From Chiloscyllium plagiosum (Eukaryota): a stretch of 57,755 nt of DNA. The notes under the pieces were generated by a model that was given only the letters and a program-made list of their open reading frames with translations, ran no database searches and was not told the origin of the DNA. Location: NCBI RefSeq assembly GCF_004010195.1, contig NC_057718.1, positions 63,596,987 to 63,654,741 of the forward strand, in the 5' to 3' direction. The first letter of the stretch is position 1, and each line of letters starts with the position of its first letter. Both the position numbers and the translations under genes were made by a program. Shown piece by piece: positions 49,111 to 57,755 of this stretch.

Positions 49111-50582
49111 GATTTTAAATGATCAATCTTCTCTCCTCCAAGAGAAATAGCGCAACTTTGCTCAACGTTCTAAGATTTAAATATTTTAGGCGTGATAGAG
49201 AGGGAAAGCAAAACAGCACGGGAGTTCCATTATTGATAAGAGAGACTATCATAGCTGTACTGAGGGAGGACACTTGGAAGGTCCATCCGGTGAGGCCATA
49301 TGGGTCGAGCTCAGGAACAGGAAGGGTGCAAATCACTTTGATGGGATTGTGCTACAGACTTCCCAACAGCCAACGGGTGACAGAAGAACAGATATGAAAA
49401 CATGTCAAAACAATAGGGTTGTTGTGGTTGGTGATTTTAACTTTCCCTATACTGACTGGGGCTTGCTTAGTGTTGGGGGCTTGGAAGAGGGAATTTGCCA
49501 GATATGCCCAGGATGGTTTTTTGAAACAATATGTAAATAGTCCAAGTCGTGTTGGGGAATGAACCAGGCCAGGTGATCAAAGTTTCAATGGAAGAGTATT
49601 TCAGGAACAGTGATCATACTTTTCTGTCAGCTTTAAGTTACTTAAGGATAACGAGTAAGAGTAATCCCTGGGTGAAATTACTGAACTGAGGGAAGGCTAA
49701 CTATCACAATATTAGGCAGGAACTGGGGAATGTAGATTAGGCATGGGTGTTTGAGGGTAAATCTAAATCTGGCATGTGGGAATCGTTTAGAAGTGAGCTG
49801 ATTTAGACTTCAGGACCAGCATGTTCCTGTGAAATTGAAGGACATGGATGGCAAGATTCAGGAACCTTGGATGACAAGAGAAATTGAGAGCTTAGACAAA
49901 AAGAGAAAGGAGACATTGGTACGGTTTAGGAGAAATGAAGACAGAGTGCTCGAGAATACAAAGTCAGCAAGAAAGAACTCAAACAAGGGATTAGGAAGGC
50001 TAAAATGGGCCATGAAATTTCTTTGGCAAGGTGATTAAGGAAAATCCCAAGGCATTTTACATACATATAGGAGCAAATGGGTAGCTAGGGAAAAGGGTAG
50101 GTCCACTGAAGAACAAAGGAGGGAATTTGTATGCAGTCAGAGGAAGGAATTAAAGTCCTTAAGGAATACTTTGCATCGGAATTCATAAAGGAAGAGGAAA
50201 TAGTGGATGAGGAGCCTGGAGAGGGTAAATTGATATTCTCAGGTATGTCAAAATGTTAAAAATATGGTGGGGGGAATCCAAGATGGCAGCGATCTAGGAG
50301 GATCGCATTGCAGAGCTCCACACTGCAGCACAAGCGGCACAAACTTCTAACCTGCCCAGCCCAGACCATTGCAATATCCTGGGACTCTGGAAAGGTCGTG
50401 GAGTCCAAGGAAATTGTGGAAAATCAACTTACCCCCGTTTTCGCCATTCAGGGATGCCGAAGAAGGGAGGAGTAGTGTCCAAGGCCCAGCCTGCAGGATC
50501 CTTGGACTTGATTAACTAAAAGGCTCAGGTGAAGGAGCTTGCAAAATCTCGTGATATGTTGGGTAAGCAGATAGAGGAGAAG

Positions 50583-50823
50583 GGGGGGATTCTGGATTAG
50601 AGTGTTGCTGGAAAAGCACAGCAGTTTAGGCAGCACCCGAGGAGCAGAAAAATCTACGTTTCGGGCAAAAGCCCTTCATCTACCTGGTATTCCTGATGAA
50701 GGGCTTTTGCCCGAAACGTCGATTTTCCTGCTCCTCAGATGCTGCCTGAACTGCTGTGCTTTTCCAGCACCACTCTAATCCAGAATCTGGTTTCCAGCAT
50801 CTGCAGTCATTGTTTTTACCTAC
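50583..50823. mobile_element. Fold-back PLE mini-insertion with 15-bp TSD, inside L1 ORF1
   Basis: CAGATAGAGGAGAAG at 50568-50582 and 50824-50838. Inverted arms of about 90 bp; same family as 45168-45383. Confidence 0.92.
50688..50725 (+). ncRNA. Minimal hammerhead ribozyme motif
   Basis: CTGATGA(50693-50699)-A-GGGC tttt GCCC-GAAAC-GTC, core intact. Confidence 0.7.
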
Positions 50824-52436
50824 CAGATAGAGGAGAAGTGGCCCCGATCACTATCATGCTGCAGAAGCATGAACAGCAGCACGACCTGGAGAGAAGGATG
50901 GATGAGGTTGAACAGAGTCACAGTGGTGGAAGCAGACACCAGTTCCTCCAATGATAGGATTCAAGCCCTGGAGACGCAGGTCCGTAATTTGCGTTACCAA
51001 GTGGATGACCTTGAGAACAGGGGCAGGAGAAAAAAAAAATATTTGGATCGTTGGTCTGCCAGAGGGCAAGGAAGGTGATCGACCAGCAGAATTTATTGAG
51101 TACTCGTTGCCGAAATTCCTTAACTTGGAGGCTGGATTGAGAGGATCAAGGGGGCTCACCGGATCACGGCACGGAGATCAGGTCTAGGTCAACGTCCTCC
51201 TCCTCTCTTGGTGCAGTTTCATCATTATAGAGATAAAGCAGAGAATCATGGAAGCTTCCAAAATCCAGGAGATGGACCCGAAGATCCTGGTTTACGAGGG
51301 CTCTAAGATAATGTTCTTCCAGGACTTCTCAGCGGTGGTGATCCAGAGAAGAAAATTCTATGACAATGTCAAGACTGAGGGAGCTTGGGTTCCAGTACTG
51401 GGAGATATCCAGCAGTGCTTCATATCACCTTAGATGGATCTGGACATTTCTTTGACACGTCAGAGAAGGCAACAGACTTCAAGGTCAAATTAACTTAATC
51501 TGAACAAATAGTAGTGCTGTTTGGGTATGTCTTTGTTTTTTCTTTTGAAAAAAAGAGCAAGTCCGTTGGGTTTTCTTTTACTTTTTTTATTGAAAATAAT
51601 CTGGTTTAAACAATGTTTGGTGGCGGTTGAGATGTGTAATTTTAATTTCTAAGTTAAGCTATACCAAAAGATGGGTGGGGTATTTACCCCTTTCTTTTTA
51701 TTTTTAAGATTTATTTTTCACATTGCTATTCCATGGTGTATTTTCTTTCTTTTCTGCTTGTGTTTGCAGTGTGGCTCTAGCTAGGAGGAGGGAAAATGGT
51801 TGGAATGGCTAGATGCCTACTTACAGGTAGTTTATACCCGGTTCAGGTATTTTCAGGCAGAGGGATGGGAAATTGGGTTTTGGGATGGGTAGTTGCCCCC
51901 TTTGGGTGGGGATGGTGGTCTGCTCTCCTATTCAGCACCATTGGCGCTGTATGCGTTGGCTTGTTTTTTGGTTTTTATTGTACGTAGTCTTTGATAGCTT
52001 TGTAGGTTTGTTAACTGTAGTGGTTTTAGTTTATATAGTTTTTATGTTCAATGAATCTTGTGACACAAAGGCTCAGCAATTTGTGGTTCAAGTTCCTCCT
52101 CTCTGGAATTTCAATGTTACTGCAGAAGGTTTTGGCTAATGACTTGATTAAATGGTGTATGTGGAACACCAAGGGGAGTCACTCACCAATTAAGAGGAAG
52201 AAGGTACTTTTGAGTCTTTGAAAGGAGAAGGTGGATATTGCTTTATTACAGGAGACACGCTTGGATGATAAGATAACAGAATGGCTTTGATCAGGTTTAC
52301 TTTTCATCTTTTAATACTAGATGTAGGGGAGTGGCTATATTGGTTAGGAGGACTCTCCCATTTAAGTTAACACACTCTAGTAAAGATTTAAATCACACAA
52401 CACCAGGTTATAGTCCAACAGGTTTAATTGGAAGCA

Positions 52437-52471
52437 CACTAGCTTTCGGAGCGACGCTCCTTCATCAGGTG
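52437..52471 (-). ncRNA. Minimal hammerhead ribozyme motif (minus arm, sense to PDE10A pre-mRNA)
   Basis: Exact reverse complement of 52543-52577. Confidence 0.78.
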
Positions 52472-52542
52472 ATTGTGGAGGGCTCGATTGTAACACAGAA
52501 TTTATAGCAAAAATTCTGTGTTACAATCGAGCCCTCCACAAT

Positions 52543-52577
52543 CACCTGATGAAGGAGCGTCGCTCCGAAAGCTAGTG
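52543..52577 (+). ncRNA. Minimal hammerhead ribozyme motif (plus arm)
   Basis: CAC-CTGATGA-A-GGAGC gtc GCTCC-GAAA-GCTA-GTG: stem I CAC/GTG, 5-bp stem II, palindromic AGCT stem III. Confidence 0.78.
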
Positions 52578-55500
52578 TGCTTCCAATAAACCTGTTGGAC
52601 TATAACCTGGTGTTGTGTGATTTTTAACTTTGTACACCCCAGTCCAACACCGGCATCTCCAAATCATAGTAAAGATTTGTAATCCTCAAAGCCCTGATAA
52701 ACACGGAGAATATGGTGTTTTAAATGTTTATTGCCCTCCGGCCCATCCCCTCAAATTTCTGGTAGATGCGTTCTCTAAACTGATCAGTCTCCAGTCTCGG
52801 CATATCATTATAGGGGGAGATTTTAACTGTCTCATGGATCCCACAGTAGACAGGTTGCCCAAAGGCCCCTCAATACTCTCTGTACAAACTAAACAATTAG
52901 TGGATCTATGTGTGGAGTTAGGGTTGGTGGACGTCTGGAGGCATCTCCACGCTATAGGCAGGGATTTTACATTTTTTTTCCAATCCACACAGGTGTCACA
53001 CCAGGATTGATTTTTCTCTGACCCCATGGCAACCCTTGACTTGGTGGCATCTTGTATGATTGGTAATATTATCATCTCCGATCACGCTCCAATTGGCTAA
53101 GATTAAAGAAGTTACAGTGGGTCCGAAGCACTGACAAACGGATCCCTTTATCCTCAAGGATAATAAGTTTGTGGAGTACTTCTCTAGGGAATTTTGGGCG
53201 TTCCTAGATATTAACTCAGGCTCAGTTATTAGCCCATCCCTTCTTTGGGAAACTGCCAAAGCCTATGCCTAGTTATTTCCTACTCTGCCAGTAGGAAGTG
53301 GCAGAAAGGTGAGCACTAACCTCTCCTTGAAGCACGGTTGAAGGCAGCTGAGAAGGCCTACTTCTTCAGGCCCTCGTTGGTCATGCTAGAGGATTATGGC
53401 ACTGCGGTCTGCATTGAATGCCATGTCACACAGACAGCAAAGAAGGAGCTCATCTTTACAAAGCAAAGGTTATATGAGCATGGTGACAGGCCAGGCAAAT
53501 ACCTAGCATATCTCGCCAGGAAAAGGAGTACCCCTCAAGCCATTACGGCGATTAGGGAGGGTATGGGAACCTAACATGTGACACCAATGAGATTAATGTG
53601 GCATTCCAGAGATTTTACTCTAAGTTATACCAATCTGAGGGTTGTGAGGAAGGGTGGGCCAAAATGGAATATTTTTCAAGGATATGGAGCTCCCGGGAAT
53701 GACCCCTGAACACAAGTCTTTTCTCAATGCCCCCTTATCAGAGCATGAGGTGCAGGAGGCTGTGAAGCAGCTTCAGAGTGGAAAGGCACCCAGTCCTGAT
53801 GGACTTCCCATTGAATTCTATAAGGAATTTATAAATATATTGTCAGGCTCGATGCTCAACATGTTTAATGACTCATACTGTCATGATTGTCTCCCGCTAT
53901 CTCTGAGAGAGGCCAATATTTCACTTATTCTTAAAAAAAAAGGAAAGTCCCCGAGGACTGTGCTTCATACATGCCCATTTCACTCTTAAACAAGGACTTT
54001 AAAATCCTCTCTAAGACTCTTGCGTTAAGGCTAGACACTGTTACCTTCTATTGTTAAAGAGGACCAGACAGGCTTCATAAAGGGGCCGCAGATCCTCCAA
54101 TAATGTTAGGAGGCTGCTTAATGTAAGTCAAGTGTGTCACCAACAGCCAATACAAGGATCGGTGCAGAGAAGGCACTTGACTGAGTTGAGTGGCTGTACC
54201 TTTTCTAAACTCTGGAGTGGTTTGGTTTGGGTGAAGTCATATAAGATGGGTAAAGGTTCTCTACAGTGGCCCTCTCACTGCGGTCATCACCAATGGGGTA
54301 TGATCAATTAATTTTAACATATTTAGGGGCAGCTGGCAGGGCTGTCCCCTTTTGCCCTTTTTTTTACACTGATGATTGAACCATTGGTGGAGGCCATTTG
54401 TAGGGATCCCAATATATCAGCTCCAGAAGTGGGGTCAAAATTACATAGGATTTCGTTGTATGCGGATGATGTCCTAATTTTTTGACAAATCCAACATTTT
54501 CAGTGCCTCGCCTGATACAATGCATCAGTGCGTTTGGCACCTTTTCAGGGTACAAGATTAATCTTGCATAATCAGAGGCTATGCCTATGGGTGGTCTTAC
54601 AAAGGGGCTAGGTCTTGAGGGCGACTATAGATTCCCATTTAAGTGGTCACGGGGGGGGTTTGTGTATTTGGGCATATTCATTACTCCAGTTCTGGATCGG
54701 TTGTTCAAAGTTAATTTTGTTCAATTATTTGACAAAATCAAACAAGACCTTCAAAGATGGGAGGCGCTTCTGGTCTTGTGGTTGGGTCGAATAGCGCTTA
54801 TTAAGATGAATATTCTCCCCCATGTATTATACAGATGCTCCGCCTGATTTTCGATATTGTCAAAATTTAAACCAAGGGTATCTTCAACACGTCCCAAGTG
54901 CAATTTGGTACGGGCACTCTTACCCATTGCCTCTGGCTGTGTGGTAGGCTTTAAACATATTGAAGTGCTGTGGCGGGTGCAATGGAGGGAATTTTGGGTG
55001 TAAGGGTGGAGAAGATCCCGGTCTCTCTTCTTCTTGGCCTGCCCAGTATGTTCCCTGCCGATGTGCAGAAGAAAGAAAACTTTTCAACATTCTCTCTTTC
55101 TGTGCAAGAAAGGATATCTTGCTAGGTTGGGTATCCGAAAAACCCCTGGTCTGTTGGGTTGGCGGAAGATTGTTATGGAGCATATCCCCTTGGATTTTCT
55201 CATAAGTGTGGTACACCACGAAAATTAGAATTTCTATAAGAAATGGCAACCCTTTTTTGGAATACCTGGACACAGATTTATTTGCCACACTAATAAGGAC
55301 TTTTAATTAACTGTAACAATTGTGCTTTATGAGTCTAATATCCGGGGAGGAGGAACTGCAAACATACGAGTGTCTTGTTTGGCTGAGTTAAGTTATTATT
55401 ATTTATTGTTGTTGATTATTATTTATTTAGTTAAATAGCTAGTTGGGTTTTTAAATATATATAGAAAAATATATATTAATTACATTTGTACATGAGGGCA

Positions 55501-55760
55501 GGATGGGTTTTAAAAACTGTGTGTTCTTTGTATTGTTTTGTATTTGTTGTAATATTTTAAAAATCTATTTTTCAATAAAAATAATTTTTTAAAAAATGGT
55601 GGTGTTGGGAGTTTTCAAGTCCTCAGGACCTGATGAGATCTATCCCAGAATGCTGAGGTCGGCAGGGGAGGAAATTTCTTAGGCCTCGTACAAAACCTTT
55701 GTATGCTCTTTAGTAACAGGAAAGTTCTCAGAGAACTGGAGAATACCCAGCAATGTTCTT

Positions 55761-56320
55761 TGTTGCCATGGTCTGGCGATGGAGGAGGCCAAGGACCTGC
55801 ATGTCCTTGGCGGAGTGGGAGGGGGGAGTTCCTCCCACTCCGCCAAGGACATGCAGGTCTTTGGCCTCCTCCATCGCCAGACCATGGCAACATGACACCT
55901 GGACGAAGAGCGCCTCATCTTCTGCTTAGGAACCCTCCAATCACAAGGGATGAATGCAGATTTCTCTACCTTCCTCATTTCCCCTCCCCCTACCTTTTCT
56001 CAGTCCCAACCCTCGGACCCAGAACCGCCTTCTTGATCTGCAATCTTCTTCCCGACCTCTCCGCCCCCCCCACCTCCTCTCCAGCCTATCACCCTCACCT
56101 TAACCTCCTTCCACCTATCGCATTCCCAACGCCCCTCCCCCAAGTCCCTCCTCCCTACCTTTTATCTTAGCCTGCTTGGCACACCCTCCTCATTCCTGAA
56201 GAAGGGCTTATGCCTGAAACGTCGATTCTCCTGCTCCTTTGATGCTGCCTGACCTGCTGCGCTTTTCCAGCAACACGTTTTTCAGCTCTGATCTCCAGCA
56301 TCTGCAGTCCTCACTTTCTC
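55761..56320 (+). mobile_element. PLE 3' fragment with a 62-bp 5' fold-back
   Basis: Arms 55761-55822 and 55831-55892 (one mismatch). GIY-YIG end EERLIFCLGTLQSQGMNADF. Hammerhead CTGAAGA at 56196. Confidence 0.9.
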
Positions 56321-56552
56321 ATAATTTGCTGGGTTTTCAGATAGGTTAAGTTATTCGGTATTCTGTTTTATTTTGTTTGTGTTTCATACAGTAATCTTGT
56401 AATTAAATTCTGTTTTGTTTAAAACTAAGTGGTTTGACCAGCTGCATCTCTCCTGGAATAGCCACTGTACACCTGCTTAAAACAGCTAGCAAAGTTAGGG
56501 TCTGGATTACTTTTTTGAAATGTTTTGAGGGGGTCTGGCCTGGTCCATAACA
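56321..56552 (+). mobile_element. Possible LTR 3' remnant (Gypsy-like)
   Basis: T-rich stretch, ATTAAA-type signal and an end in ...ggtccaTAACA, typical of LTR termini. No matching 5' end seen. Confidence 0.4.
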
Positions 56553-56554
56553 AC

Positions 56555-57104
56555 TTAATAATCAAACTTTGACAGCCTTCTGTGGTGAAGAGTTTCATAA
56601 ATTCAATCCTTTTTGGGAGAAGAAATTCCTCCACATTAAATGTGCAACCTCTCATTCTGAGATTATGCGCTCTGGCCTTGAACACTCTCCCAGGGAGATA
56701 CAACTTTTCCACATCTATCCTATCAAATCATTCATGACTCTTGTATGTTTCAAGAAGTTCACCTCTCACTCTTCTAAATTCAAATGGATACAGGCCCAAT
56801 CTACTCAACCTCTCCTCATAAGACACAGTCTCTCAATACCTGGTATAACAAACAAAGAATTATGGATGCTAGAAATCTGAAACAAAATCTGAAATTGCTG
56901 GAGAAACTCAGCATGTCTGGCAGCATCTGTGGAGAGAAAGCAGAGTTACTGCTTTGGGTCCAGTGACACTTCTTCAGAACTGGAGTTCATATGCTGCCAG
57001 CATAATGCATCTTCTCTAGACCACACCTCCAATGCCAGTATATCTTTCTTTAGATAAGTTCACAGTATTCCAGCTATGATCTGACTACTGCCTTACATAA
57101 TTTT
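56555..57104 (-). mobile_element. CR1 3'-region fragment carrying a PLE terminus (about 56848-56988)
   Basis: CR1 C-terminal remnants (EKLYL.G...HNLRMRG). The insert resembles 41310-41436. Confidence 0.7.
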
Positions 57105-57555
57105 AAGACCATAAGACATAGGAGTGGAAGTAAGGCCATTCGACCCATCGAGTCCACTCCGCCATTCAATCATGGCTGATGCGCATTTCAGCTCCACTTA
57201 CCAGCGTTCTCCCCGTAGCCCTTAATTCCTCTAGATAACAAGAATCTATCAATCTCGGCCTTGAAGACATTTAGCGTCCCAGCTTCCACTGCACTCCGTG
57301 GCAATGAATTCCACAGGCCCACCACTCTCTGGCTGAAGAAATATCTCCGCATTTCTGTTCTGAAATGACCCCCTCTAATTCTAAGGCTGTGTCCACGGGT
57401 CCTAGTCTCCTCATTTAACGGAAACAATTTCCTAGCATCCACCTTTTCCAAGCCATGTATTATTTTGTACGTCTCTATTAAGTCTCCCCTTAATCTTCTA
57501 AACTCCAACGAATACAATCCCAGTATCCTCAGCCGTTCCTCATATGTTAGACCTA
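57105..57555 (-). mobile_element. Young CR1 3' end
   Basis: GLTYEERLRILGLYSLEFRRLRGDLIETYKI...FFSQRVVGLWNSLP; tail taagaccataagacataggag. Confidence 0.93.
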
Positions 57556-57755
57556 ACTGCATATCTCCCCAACCCTTTCCAGCTCTTAACTTCACTTTAT
57601 GCCCCTATTGATCCGGGCATAAACTGCAAGCAACTGCACGCAATATTTCGGGGGAACCGAATGAACAAATGAAATAAACGACTGGAGAAAGCCACAGAAA
57701 CCTGTCGTTTCCAATAAAACATCTTTTGCTCAATCCTGCGCTGTGCACTTATCCT

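Larger units (their letters stand above)
52390..52666. mobile_element. Young fold-back PLE mini-insertion with 12-bp TSD, inside L1 ORF2
   Basis: Arms of about 114 bp with one visible indel and a short loop near 52505. TAGTAAAGATTT at 52378-52389 and 52667-52678. Same family as 41745. Confidence 0.93.
50271..55595 (+). mobile_element. Second L1-clade LINE with both ends, degenerate
   Basis: 5' ggggaatcCAAGATGGCAGC. ORF1 NIWIVGLPEGKE..FFQDFS; ORF2 GDFN, SDH, KAPSPDGLPIEFYK, LYADD. AATAAA and A tail. TSD-like AAAAA(T)ATGGTGG at 50258-50270 and 55591-55602, at a TT/AAAA site. Confidence 0.9.
49130..55760 (+). mobile_element. CR1 LINE (EN and linker; pieces 49130-50262 and 55603-55760) split by L1
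   Basis: FRRDREG, EAIWVELRN, GDFNFPYTDW, SDH and EPWMTREI; after the L1 it resumes with KSSGPDEIYPRML. Confidence 0.85.

Overview
Eukaryotic genomic DNA. The repeat families point to a cartilaginous fish, probably a shark; this is inference from HE1-like V-SINEs, shark-type CR1 and Penelope elements. The whole window lies inside a host gene on the minus strand, PDE10A (dual cAMP/cGMP phosphodiesterase). Three small coding exons that the ORF track misses were found from splice signals and translation: 29625-29597 (29 nt), 25058-24938 (121 nt) and 1260-1211 (50 nt). Their phases are compatible and they encode the linker and the start of GAF-A. The rest is intron, mostly decayed and often nested retroelements: CR1, L1, RTE, Rex1/Babar, Penelope-like elements (PLEs), tRNA-derived SINEs and one LTR-like remnant. 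No retroelement ORF2 looks intact. The most striking structure is five short fold-back PLE insertions from at least three families. Each is an inverted pair of hammerhead-ribozyme-bearing termini flanked by a 9-15 bp target-site duplication (TSD). Several PLE fragments also have 5' ends that cluster at the ribozyme core. Other points of interest are a SINE that appears to share both its internal domain and its 3' tail with a LINE, a duplicated L1 5' junction with two YY1 motifs, a perfect CRE-like palindrome next to the micro-exon, and a CTCF-like island with divergent splice donors. Exon, TSD and motif coordinates were counted by hand. Other TE boundaries are approximate (tens of bp). Family names come from recalled motifs, not database searches.
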